DNA of 63,971 nt, filler included, from Octopus bimaculoides (taxonomy: Eukaryota): the NCBI RefSeq assembly GCF_001194135.2. It is 6 parts of 5 records of this genome, joined end to end, with 100 filler letters (N's around TTAATTAATTAA, not from the genome) between each part and the next. Parts side by side here need not be neighbours in the genome. Positions count along the whole stretch, not along the records: positions 44,792 to 57,657 come from NC_068985.1; positions 57,758 to 60,344 come from NC_068985.1; positions 60,445 to 61,864 come from NC_068982.1; positions 61,965 to 63,971 come from NW_026422534.1; 2 more parts are not named here. One strand, written 5' to 3'. Of this stretch, positions 52,451 through 63,971 are shown one piece after another. A program made the translations under genes and the position numbers. The first letter of the stretch is position 1, and each line of letters opens with the position of its first letter. Under the pieces are notes generated by a model. That model was not told the DNA's origin. It saw nothing but the letters and a program-made list of their open reading frames with translations, and ran no database searches.

Positions 52451-54271
52451 AACAATTCAAAGAGCTATGAGGAGTCTAAATTTGAGTACATTTGGGAGGA
52501 ACATTGAATATCCCGTATGTAACACTCAGATCATATAGGATTGATTAATACATCGTTAGATTAGTACATCGATTAAACTTCACTAAATTAATACATCGTT
52601 TAAACTTCATTATACAACATTAAATATATTATAGTAACACAATTAGAAAATGGAGGATAATATGCTGAACCCAAATACTTGCAGACAGTGTATACCGTTG
52701 AATTCATTAATTTAATTCATAGCTAAAGTGACCGCCCCTTTTACCCGCTCCCATTTGTTGCACTTGGTATAACACTAGTGTAGCAATAATTGGATACCCT
52801 CCCAGCAGTATACTGGTTAGATACTATCCCTTTGTGGGTTGAATTCTCAACCCCTAACTCTTTCGCATTATAGTAACACAAATATTATACAACATTCAAT
52901 ATCGTACAATTAACTCCAAGATTACACCGCTTAAACTAAGAGATTAGAAATTCCACAGAGTATACATCAACACTGAATAATCTAGGATTCAATTACATGT
53001 TATGTGTTATATCATCTATCAGTTAAAACATTAAATTATAGCTGTCTAGTCTCGGAGATTAAGTGATGTAATCTGGGAGTCAAATCTGGGAGTAATAAAC
53101 CATTAAATGAGATTATACAACGTATAACCTCATAGTTTGATCAGTGAAATCTGCGATTTACATTTGTATTAAGTGATAATTCCGTATAGTGAATGCTTGT
53201 TTTCTTTTGTAGTTTAAATGATATATTCATTAATCCTGTATAATATAAGAGGTAAATTAAGTATATTTTACTAAAATCTTCCCTTTTCATTTTTTAGTCG
53301 CTGAGTTTTAAATTATATTTTTATAGTCTGTCGTCTGCACAGATATAGGCGATAAAGACCAACAAACATCAATTACAGGAGCATAAAACCCTGTTGCAGG
53401 AACAAATGCCAGCCGCCGCGGAATGCCAGTCATGTGGGCCGGTGACACTTCTTCACGTAATTGAATTTTACGCTTATATAATTGATATATGCTAGTCTTC
53501 GAAAAAGGTTAATTTTATACAAAGTATTAAAACTGATTACGATTTCTGTGTTCTATATACCTCGCGGACTCCGCAGTATCTTGTTAGGATTGCTGAAGAT
53601 GGTTCAATCAAGTCGGGGATAGGAGTTGACTTATACATACATACATACATACATACATACATACATACATACATACGTACGTACGTACATACANNNNNNN
53701 NNNCATACATACGTACGTACGTACATACACGAATTAATACATATCTATATATAAATTTATGTGTGTGCGTGTGTTTATATGTGTGCGCGCGTGTGTTGTG
53801 AGAGTGTAATTATAAACAAGGACAATGGACTCAGGAAGTCTTTCTATTACATTAATTTATGATCGTTTTATCTGAATTCGATCTCATGAATATTGCGATA
53901 TTAGGCTATAATATACTCAAACAGAAAAAAAAGGAAAAAACACCACGAACGTAGACAAGCTCAATCCCGTATCAGTTGTCGACCAATCATCACAATATCG
54001 ACACCTTCCAACAATATTGTTCAATTTTGGTGTTCAGCAACAAAAGCTGCTGGGTATAGATAAACAGACATGATAGACGAACAAGGACGGAGAGAAATGA
54101 GAACAGTACAGTTACATGAAAAGATGAGATCTGTAGATCAAACGGTAAATAATGACGAATTATGAGGAGGAGGGAAAATATGTAAGAAAGAAACAAGTAG
54201 GCGAAGATAGTAGCCGAAATACAAAACATCAAGGGGAAATATTCATATACATCTATGCGTGTGTGTATGTG

Positions 54272-54465
54272 TGTGTGTTTGTCCTTCAACCTTCGCTTGA
54301 CAGCCGCTGCTGGTGTACTTGTGTCCTCATAACAAAGTGGTTCGGCAAAAGAGCTCGATGAAATAAGTACTAGGTTTAGAAGAATAAGTGCTGGGGTCGA
54401 TGCTCCAGCATGACGACAGTCGTGTAACAGAAACAAGTATAAGAAAAATAGAATAAAAGAATACA
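54272..54465 (+). mobile_element. SINE family A, 3' half (diverged)
   Basis: GGTTCGGCAAAAGAG...AATAAGTACTAGG...GGGGTCGAT..CTCCAGCATG. Confidence 0.75.
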
Positions 54466-54781
54466 TAGAATGCCTTTCGAATTATTTACAAAAATACGAT
54501 TCGTGCTAAGTAAAACTTATGGGATAGAGGGTGATCCCTTCTGATCTGAGAGTAAATACTATAAACATTTTAGAAAATTTAACAGACCGAGAGTTGGAAT
54601 TAAATTTGAAACAAGTCAGAAGCTATGCGTTCTGTTCAATTTTTATATACAGGGTGGGCTGAGAGCTTATACTTATTCCATACCACAGTATTCCGACGAA
54701 ACGAAACATGGCTAGCACACTGGTGCATGTTCACATACACATATAAATGTTTGTATGTTCATAATCTTGAGTACATATATG

Positions 54782-54837
<56 letters not shown>

Positions 54838-55445
54838 ATTACTATTATTATTACTATTATCATTATTATTATTGTTGTTGTTGTTGTTATATTATACAAT
54901 TATTGTACATAAATGTACGATTCAGTAATTTTACCTCATCTTATTAACATTTAATCAATTAATTCTTTAATGGAACAAATCTAAAGTTACCTATTTCATT
55001 ATGAATTAAGAGCTCCCGTTAAACCATTAACTAAAATCGGTGTTATGTATAATATATGATGTCGTCATCACAAGATATTATGCTGGGCGAGTTGTGTCAG
55101 TTATGATTGATTGTGGCCACCAAACTATAAACATTAAAAGATTCATTTCTGTTCCAAACTCATAACTCCCATGTGGTAATAATCATAGCATAAATACCAG
55201 TTGTTGAAAATGTTGGCGCAGTTGTTTGGTCCCAGGTCCATTCTGAACAAATAGTCCTATTATCTACGGAGCTACGACAATGAAAATGCTATCGTTTTAT
55301 TTGTCAATGACTACATATGGTAATGTATTCTTATTTTTGTTACAGTTGTTAATGCGGTGGTGGTTTTGTTTTTGCTGCTGTACATATCGTGGTTATTTTA
55401 TTGTTGAGGAAGTCGTTGTGATTGCTTTTGTGGTAATGGTAGTTG

Positions 55446-55893
55446 TTTACATTATTTACATTATTTACATTTTGACGGATATTTGTTCTCATCTTGTTTG
55501 TTGTTAACACGTTTCGGCTGATATACCCTCCAGCCTTCGTCAGGTGTCTTGGGGAAATTTCGAACCTGGGTTCTCATTCCTAACGATGGCGCATATGGCG
55601 TAGTGGTTAAGAGCGCGGGCTACTAACCCCAAGGTTCCGAGTTCGATTCACGGCAGCGACCTGATTAATAATAGTAATAATAATAATAATAATAATAATA
55701 TATATATATATAATAATAGAACATCGTTAGGAATGAGAACCCAGGTTCGAAATTTCCCCAAGACACCTGATGAAGGCTGGAGGGTATATCAGCCGAAACG
55801 TTGTGTTAACAACAAACAAGATGAGGACAAATATCCGTCAAAATGTAAATAATGTAAATAATGTAAATAATTCCTCATCTCTTAAATATAGAA
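55446..55893. mobile_element. Composite insertion: inverted HHR arm (55446-55588) plus tRNA-headed hammerhead element (55588-55893), with a 13 bp TSD
   Basis: Arm 55446-55588 is the reverse complement of 55722-55867 (2 substitutions, one 3-nt indel). A-box 55596-55606, B-box 55641-55649. AATGGTAGTTGTT is repeated at 55435-55447 and 55892-55904. Confidence 0.88.
55762..55807 (+). ncRNA. Minimal type I hammerhead ribozyme, best-preserved copy
   Basis: Stem I GACAC/GUGUU. CUGAUGA 55767-55773 plus an extra A. Stem II GGCUG/CAGCC. GAAA 55795-55798. Palindromic stem III ACGU. GUU triplet with predicted cleavage after 55802. Confidence 0.75.
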
Positions 55894-57431
55894 TGGTAGT
55901 TGTTGTTTCTGTAATGGACGTGTCTGTTACTGTTGTTGTTTTTGTAGGTGACTTTTGTTTTTGTTGCTGTCGTTGTGTTTTAGTGTTGTTTGGTTGTTGT
56001 TATTAACTTCTGTCATTGTGGCTGTTACAGTGGTATTTGTTGATGGCAACTTTATTCGAATTAAAGTATTATCTAACGGCCTCCATCCGGGGTTTTTCCT
56101 ATTTACTCCTTTTCATTATCTTACAGGTGCAGTGTTCTTATCACTGTCGTAGATTAGCTCCACGTCAGCCTTGATTTTGTAGACCAACGATGACAGACAT
56201 TCCAGTTGTGGCCCTCCTATTATATTGTCTACCTAAGGCTATTTCATTTAACGTCTTCTTCTTTCGTAGGATAGCATACGGTGATTTGGCTGCTATCTCT
56301 AGCAGATATAGCAACTGAAATAGGCTCCATTTTAGACTCTAGTTTTCTCTCTATATTTAAGATTGTAGGATGTGATTTGGGGAAGATGTGCGAGCTCAGC
56401 ACTATGTTGAGGCCTACCCATTAGTTAGTTCAAGTGTCAGGTATATATGGTGGATGGTGTGATCGAATGTAAGTTATATTCTTTAACAAACCAATGACAT
56501 GAGTATTAGGTGGTTACTCTAAGCAGATAGAAATAATAAACCCATTTCTATGATATCGTCTTAGGCATGTTATTACTAAAGAAATTACAGGATTCTCATT
56601 TTTGGAACAATTTAGTCAGAGTTCTGACATACGTATAGCTATACAAGAACATCCACTTCGACAACAAGCACACCAAGAGTCAATTATTTCACTGTTAGGT
56701 ATTTAAGCTGTAGGATTTCAGAAGCAAAATCATGGCATTTTAGTACCTTGCATACTGAATGTAGTAACTAAGTAACTGCCATTTAATCAAAATTCTTCCA
56801 GTAATATGGAGACAAAGTCATTTCCTTCATCATTAACTAATGGACTTGGAGACAGAGGAAGAACGCCAGAATTTCAATTAATTAAAATTTAATTTAATTT
56901 AAATTATAATGGGAGAGCGTTTCTGATACTTGTTAGTGCAGTGAAAACACGGAACTGCTTTCGGTGTTAGATTTCGTCAGTGAAACATAGTCTGTCGCTA
57001 CATAACTATAAAATAATTGGAGAAGGAATAAAAATTTAGTGAATGAAAACTGAGTGTAATGATAACTTAAAGAATGGCAAGTGTGTATATCCAGGAAGCT
57101 CTTCTGCAAGACAAAGCAATAGCAAAGTGAGCATTTGGTTGATAATGCACTGAGACCGGAAGATTGAAGAAGTTGAAATTATATTAAGGACTTTAATTGA
57201 CTGCCTTTTGCAAAAAAGAAATGCGAAGGGAAACAGCTGCAGAAACAATTAAAAGTATTTATGCATGTTGTGCATCTAATGTCTTTGATATTTCCTCCCG
57301 ATGTGAAAGTATTCTTCAACAGTCATTTACGAAACACTGAAGCTCTTGTTAGGAAGAGAACCGACATACCGTTAGACAAACACGCAGATAGATAGATAGA
57401 TAGATAAATACATAGACAGACAGACAGACAT

Positions 57432-57496
<65 letters not shown>

Positions 57497-57757
57497 CAGG
57501 CAGACAGACAGGCAGGCAGACAGAGAGGCAGAGAGACAAACTAAAAGATAGACAGACAAACTAACAGATAGACAGACCGTCGAACTAACAGATATCGTTC
57601 TTTTATTAGCCACACAGGGCTGCAAACAAAGGGGACAAATACAACTGTAGAGCTTTTNNNNNNNNNNNNNNNNNNNNNNNNNNNNNNNNNNNNNNNNNNN
57701 NTTAATTAATTAANNNNNNNNNNNNNNNNNNNNNNNNNNNNNNNNNNNNNNNNNNNN

Positions 57758-57832
57758 ATTAAGTCGATTATATCGGCCCCAGTGCCTAACTGGTACTTAT
57801 TTAATCGACCCTGAAAGGATGAAAGGCAAAGT
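57758..57832 (-). mobile_element. SINE family B fragment
   Basis: AAGTCGATTATATCGGCCCCAGTG...ATCGACCCTGAAAGGATGAAAGGCAAAGT. Confidence 0.8.
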
Positions 57833-57896
57833 ACCTCGGAGGGGAACTCTCTAAGTGCAATTTCATGGTCACTTATGACCGAATGGGGTCTTTACC

Positions 57897-57951
<55 letters not shown>

Positions 57952-58559
57952 ATATATATATATATATATATATATGTTTTTATGTTCAGCTATAATACAA
58001 ACAATCTTACATTAATCTGATGGCTTACTCCATACTTTTGTAGAGACGAATTTATTATTCTTAAGCAAAAATATTGTTGACAGTGACTTCAGTGACTTCG
58101 AAGTCCCGACGATGTCGTAACCGGCCGAAACCACGAAGACACTGTCAATAATATCATTGGTCAAATATTACATTATTATTATACTATGAGCCTTCCATAG
58201 TAGCTTTCTCTCCATAAGTTGTAAAACCATCTGCGTTTATTTACAAATATTATATATAGTCTTAGACAGTTTAAGTATATATTAAGAAATTATGGCTGAA
58301 ATTGATGAGTGAGCGTTTAGCCAATTGGATGCGCAAGGAGTCGTGTTAGCGTTGATTTGTGTCTTCGATTCTGGATAGGATTGGCTCATCATTTTTCAGT
58401 CATTTGTTTGTATTTACAAATTGTCACTTCAAATCGGAGAATAAAATATTATTATGATATGTTATTATACAGTTATATATATATNNNNNNNNNNTATGTA
58501 TGTATGTATATATACACGCATTCACATATTCAAATTTACATCATTTGTGTTCTAAACGT

Positions 58560-58940
58560 TGGCAACTGTGATATATATGAATAGACACTGCATCTCATTG
58601 AAATCTGGATGCTTCGTTGGGTGTAAAGGCTTACAAGAGGGGACCACATCGTCAGTGAAAAGATGCGGTTATTCATGGAAGAGACAGCCGTGCTTGAAAA
58701 AATGTGGCCCTCGTTGCGGTGTGTTGTTTGCAAAGAGGAGCAACTGTTGTGAAAGCAGCCATAAGAATCATGCCTAAACGGATGATGACTATGCAGACAA
58801 CTAAAAGAAAAGATGAATCGATCGATTCAGTAAAGATGTAGTACAAATGAAAATCTCTACACCAAACATCTTCGACTGGTTCAAGCTGGAGAAGATCTGC
58901 AGGAAAAGTGGCCGTCTTTAAAGGATGACTCAGAGAGTTT
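58560..58940 (+). mobile_element. RTE-like LINE 3' remnant
   Basis: EIWMLRWV*RLTRGDHIVSEKMR...KMWPSLRCVVCKEE resembles EMxMLRWxxGxTRxDxIxNExIR...RLRWxGHVxRRE. Confidence 0.5.
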
Positions 58941-59912
58941 CAGGGATCATAATGATGATGATGATGATGATGATGATGACGACGACGATTATGTATGTGC
59001 GAAAACAGATCAATTCGGAAATATTGTCTTTCACCAAGAAAACAAGTTTCTAAGCAAAAGGCAGGTGTATAAAAGTGAAATGCATATTTATGAAGGTGAT
59101 GTGCATGCTTTACGACATTAAAAGAAGGAAATGGTATGCAAATGTTGAGAGAACTAACCACACGAAGTAACTTATACATTTTAATGGAGGAGAGATAGAT
59201 AAATAGATAGATAGATAGATAAAGAGAGAGAGGGAGGAAAGGGCGGAGTATGTAAAGGGCAGTGATCTGGAAGTTTTTGTAAACGACATACTGCACTAAA
59301 AGTTGATGTATGCTAAATGAATGTGATTTGAAATGAATGGGATTTGAAATGAATGAAAGTTTGCTACTGTAAAGAAGAATTGCTTTTGTGGCTGTTTTTC
59401 TCGTAGATGTAACATTTAAGAGGTGAAGTTCCTGAGTTGATCGGCGAGATATGTTCACTCATCGTTGTTGAATAGAATCGGATTTTGAAAATAGGGGAAC
59501 AAACTTTGAAAACGTCGGAGTGCTAATTCTTGAAAATGAAAAGAAAAAAAACAAAGCTAAATACCATTTGTTAGCCGGAGAAAAAACTTTACAAGAGTTG
59601 GATAAGAACGGTGAGAAGCGCTTGAATCTCTCCGAATGTCCAAATGAGGTCAGTCAGTCTTTTTATCAGATTGCTTTGCTGCAGAAAGCTTAAGGGTCGG
59701 CCATAATAGTGGAACTGATGAGATATGTGTCTCCAGTTAATTGATTGGAAACTGTAGCAGCAACAGCAACAGCAGTAGTAGTTGTAGGCGTATCTCGCAA
59801 AAAGTTTGAAGGAGATGAGGAGTGTGAAACCTGCTAATATATTTCATCCAATTGTAAGAGACAGAAACCTGTGAACGCAGCTTCTTCAGTTGGTTATAAG
59901 AATATTTATCTC

Positions 59913-59951
<39 letters not shown>

Positions 59952-60058
59952 ACATATAAATTAATATCTAAATTTGTGTACGTGTATGGATATATTTATC
60001 GAAAAACGTTCTGATACTACATACATACATACATATATATATAAGTATGTAAGTTTGT

Positions 60059-60102
<44 letters not shown>

Positions 60103-61234
60103 TAGAATAACACCTACGCAAATATTATAAACAAAACATTCAAAAGAGACGTCTCAAGAATTCAATGACTACCACCATCCACAAGTCAATTTCAGGGCAC
60201 TTGACCATTTAACATACTACTACTATCATAGCACTCCCGCATTCTCCTCCTCCTCCTCCTTCTCCTTCTTCTACTTCTTCTTCTTCTTCTTCTTTTTCTT
60301 CTTCTTTGCCAAGAATTCACAACGACCTCGAACCCACAAGATTANNNNNNNNNNNNNNNNNNNNNNNNNNNNNNNNNNNNNNNNNNNNTTAATTAATTAA
60401 NNNNNNNNNNNNNNNNNNNNNNNNNNNNNNNNNNNNNNNNNNNNCTTATATTATAAAGTCTCATTTGAAGACTTATTCTTTATGTTAAACCCAAAGACAG
60501 GACTTAGTTGATATACATTCTCAAACTTCACGCTACAGAATGAAATAAAAGCTATGATTTTTGAGAGATATATTTTCTGGGATCCGGACAAACACCCCCT
60601 AGCACAAAAGCCCCTAGAACAAAACCCCTTAGTCAAAGTGCGAAAGCTGACAAAACTTCCTCGGTTATATTTTTTTGGTTATTTTCTGTTTTTTATATTT
60701 TCTAAAACTTTTCTAAAATTTTTTTACTTGGGACACCAGCACTTTCATGGTCACAAACCTCCATCACTTGTAACTTGCTCTTTTGAGTTTAGAGGCTGAA
60801 ATACCACCTCAGATTTGATGGTACATATTATCTAGAAGTCAAACGAAACAGTCTAAGAATAGTAAAATTTATTAAAATTTTTAAATACAATAGAACTCCT
60901 CTAATTTGAACGTGCGCTATGTTCAAGTTAGAGGACGCTGGTCAAATTGCAGAAAGAAAATGCATAAGGGTGTTAAAATATTACCTCTTACATTTCCGGG
61001 TACCCCCGCTAGTATTTAATGTATATATTAAGGTGAGTACGTTACATATTTTAAAGAATCGTTAAATACCGTTGCTAGGAAAAAAAATTGAAAATAAATT
61101 AATATTAAATAATGTTAGTTGTTAAGTATTTGTGACATAAATTATCTGCTTTTAACAACCAATCGCCTATGTAGAATACTTTCATTCGTTCATTGAATGA
61201 GCTTCTTCTCTTTCGTTTCTGTCTTCATGTGTCG

Positions 61235-61380
61235 AACTCACGGGGGTTTGCCATCTACTAAATCCACTCACAAGCTTTAATCGGCCCGAGGTTGTAGTAG
61301 AAGACACTTGGTCAAGGTGCCACACAATGAGACTGAATCCGGTACCATGTGGTTAGGAATCAAAATTCTTACCACACCAC
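61235..61380 (-). mobile_element. SINE family A, 5' fragment
   Basis: AAATCCACTCACAAGCTTT...GTAGAAGACACTTGGTCAAGGTGCCAC...CTTACCACAC. Confidence 0.8.
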
Positions 61381-61443
61381 CACCACCAGGCTACTTTTTT
61401 TCTAGTTTTAGTGTTTTGTGTTTTGTTACAAAATTTACAGCGA

Positions 61444-61864
61444 TAGGCGCGGGAGTGGCTGTGTGGTAATATAATCAAAGTATTATTGTATATTTAAAAT
61501 TGTAAATATTTAATCGATACAGCTACTTCACCCCTTTTATGTTTGTCTGTCCTTGTTCGTCCCCTCTTTGTAATGCCTTTATGGCAAATATTTATGAAAT
61601 AAAGTAGCTTGCTTACCAACCACATGGTTCCGGGTTCAGTCCCACTGCGTGGCACATTGGGCAATTGTCTTCTACTATAGCCTCGGGCCGACCAAAGCCT
61701 TGTGAGTGGATTTGGTAGACGGAAACTGAAAGAAACTCGTCGTATATATGTATATATATATATATGGGTTCAGTCCCACTGCGTGGCACCTTGGGCAAGT
61801 GTCTTCTACTATAGCCTCGGGCCGACCAAGGCCTTGTGAGTGGATTTGGTAGACGGAAACTGAA
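61444..61864 (+). mobile_element. SINE family A with a 132 bp insert in the head (61470-61601) and an internal tandem duplication (61766-61864)
   Basis: ATAGGCGCGGGAGTGGCTGTGTGGTAA | insert | AAGTAGCTTGCTTACCAACC. The segment GGGTTCAGTCCCACTGCGTGGCAC...GGAAACTGAA occurs twice. Confidence 0.85.
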
Positions 61865-62214
61865 NNNNNNNNNNNNNNNNNNNNNNNNNNNNNNNNNNNN
61901 NNNNNNNNTTAATTAATTAANNNNNNNNNNNNNNNNNNNNNNNNNNNNNNNNNNNNNNNNNNNNCAAACAATACACAATGCTTCAAGCGAACTACAATAC
62001 TCTCCTATCTCTATCATTTCAGTAAAATGCTGCAAGTGCGACAAACCGGCTTTCATTCCTCTCCAGTCCCTCTGTAAACATATTTGTTGTCTGGCATGCT
62101 GGAGGGAAGTATTTAAGGTACCTTTTTCTTTTTGTGTGTGTTTTAATTTCATCCCCTTTTTAACCTTTATCACTATTTTAACCATTATCTGTCGCCATCA
62201 TCATTTTAACATCT

Positions 62215-62555
62215 ACTTTTCCATGATCACATGGGTTCAATGGAGTTTATTGAAGCAGATTTTCAACAGCTGGATGCTCTTCTTGTTTCCAACCCTCACA
62301 TAATATTTCTCCACGTCCGTGCACGTTTTCATGGAAGATTGGCAACAAAGGGCACTGTTTGCATGTTAGTTACACTTGTTTATGGCTATCATGCAATGTC
62401 AAGACAAGAGAACACACACACGCACACACACATATATATATATAAACCATGCCAAAACGGGCAGCGATGCCTGGTGCAGTCTTCTGGCTTGTCAACTCCT
62501 GTCAAATTGTCCAACCCATGCCAACATGGAAAGCAGACACTAAATGATGATATGT
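62215..62555 (+). mobile_element. Diverged SINE/LINE-related repeat with an RTE-like 3' tail
   Basis: CTGGATGCTCTTCTTGTTTCCAACC core-like motif and the terminus GTCCAACCCATGCCAACATGGAAAGCAGACACTAAATGATGAT. Family not assignable from memory. Confidence 0.5.
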
Positions 62556-62587
62556 ATACATAGTATAGTGATGGTGAGAGTACACAA

Positions 62588-63680
62588 ATAAAAAACGAAA
62601 GAGTAAAAGGAGAGAATGGTGGGAGAAGAGGAGGTAAAAGAATAAGAGAAAGGAAGGGGAAAAAACGAAAGAGTAAAAGGAGAGAATGGTGGGAGAAGAG
62701 GAGGTAAAAGAATAAGAGAAACGAAGGGAAAAAAACGAAAGAGTAAAAGGAGAGAATGGTGGGAGAAGAGGAGGTAAAAGAATATGAGAATGGAAGGGAA
62801 AAAAACGAAAGAGTAAAAGGAGAGAATGGTGGGAGAAGAGGAGGTAANNNNNNNNNNNNNNNNNNNNNNNNNNNNNNNNNNNNNNNNNNNNNNNNNNNNN
62901 NNNNNNNNNNNNNNNNNNNNNNNNNNNNNNNNNNNNNNNNNNNNNNNNNNNNNNNNNNNNNNNNNNNNNNNNNNNNNNNNNNNNNNNNNNNNNNNNNNNN
63001 NNNNNNNNNNNNNNNNNNNNNNNNNNNNNNNNNNNNNNNNNNNNNNNNNNNNNNNNNNNNNNNNNNNNNNNNNNNNNNNNNNNNNNNNNNNNNNNNNNNN
63101 NNNNNNNNNNNNNNNNNNNNNNNNNNNNNNNNNNNNNNNNNNNNNNNNNNNNNNNNNNNNNNNNNNNNNNNNNNNNNNNNNNNNNNNNNNNNNNNNNNNN
63201 NNNNNNNNNNNNNNNNNNNNNNNNNNNNNNNNNNNNNNNNNNNNNNNNNNNNNNNNNNNNNNNNNNNNNNNNNNNNNNNNNNNNNNNNNNNNNNNNNNNN
63301 NNNNNNNNNNNNNNNNNNNNNNNNNNNNNNNNNNNNNNNNNNNNNNNNNNNNNNNNNNNNNNNNNNNNNNNNNNNNNNNNNNNNNNNNNNNNNNNNNNNN
63401 NNNNNNNNNNNNNNNNNNNNNNNNNNNNNNNNNNNNNNNNNNNNNNNNNNNNNNNNNNNNNNNNNNNNNNNNNNNNNNNNNNNNNNNNNAGGAGGTAAAA
63501 GAGTATGAGAATGGAAGGGAAAAAAACGAAAGAGTAAAAGGAGAGAATGGTGGGAGAAGAGGAGGTAAAAGAATAAGAGAAAGGAAGGGAAAAAAAACGA
63601 AAGAGTAAAAGGAGAGAATGGTGGGAGAAGAGGAGGTAAAAGAATATGAGAATGGAAGGGAGAAAAAAAACGTAAGAGTA
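62588..63680. repeat. 70 bp purine-rich minisatellite spanning an N-gap
   Basis: AAAAACGAAA recurs at 62591, 62661, 62731 and 62801 (period 70), and further units follow the gap. Variants AATAAGAGAAAGG and AATATGAGAATGG. Confidence 0.9.
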
Positions 63681-63971
63681 ATAGAAAGGATGGAAAGTCG
63701 CATCAGAATTATTAAGATAAAACTTAGTTGGAAAAGGATACGTGGCGTTTGAAGGGTCATTATTTGTGTTGTTTTTCTTGTTTTCCATTTGTTTCTTTCG
63801 TTGTTCGCAAAAAAAGTTCATATTCCATGTCCTTGTTCTTCGTATTTTTGCTGTTTACGTTTTGTGAAGTCCTGTGCCCACATATGCATATGTATATACA
63901 TATAAATATGTATATATGCATATATATATATATATATTATTTATATATGATTGAATGCCATGCATCCTTTT

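Noticed and set aside
56780-57240. Possible ancient RT remnant (RQSHF..LMD, IEEVEII)
   Set aside because: Only two vague patches, with no YADD-like motif visible.

Overview
Repeat-dense, AT-rich eukaryotic DNA with many assembly gaps. It is most likely an octopus (coleoid cephalopod) intronic or intergenic region. That assignment is inferred from the extreme microsatellite density and the tRNA-headed SINE families, not from a database search. No intact host protein-coding gene is recognisable. Almost every long ORF in the supplied track is a translation of microsatellites or N-gaps. The window holds about 25 copies or fragments of at least four tRNA-derived SINE families (labelled A-D here), decayed non-LTR retrotransposons (RTE, CRE-like, R4/Dong-like and two ancient RT remnants), two Penelope-like (PLE) GIY-YIG fragments, and four or five Tc1/mariner remnants, one full-length with TIRs. 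The strongest unexplained signal is RNA structural. At least six minimal type I hammerhead-ribozyme (HHR) motifs from unrelated repeat families can be read directly. They include a ~310 bp non-coding element joining a tRNA-like Pol III head to a hammerhead tail (14892-15203 and 55588-55893). The second copy carries an inverted duplicate of its HHR arm, and the whole unit is flanked by a 13 bp target-site duplication. Separately, two SINE-A copies are interrupted at the same nucleotide of their tRNA head by related ~100-130 bp inserts, suggesting a site-specific element that targets the SINE. Host-exon candidates (a 3-nt microexon and two short exons) are weak and flagged as such.
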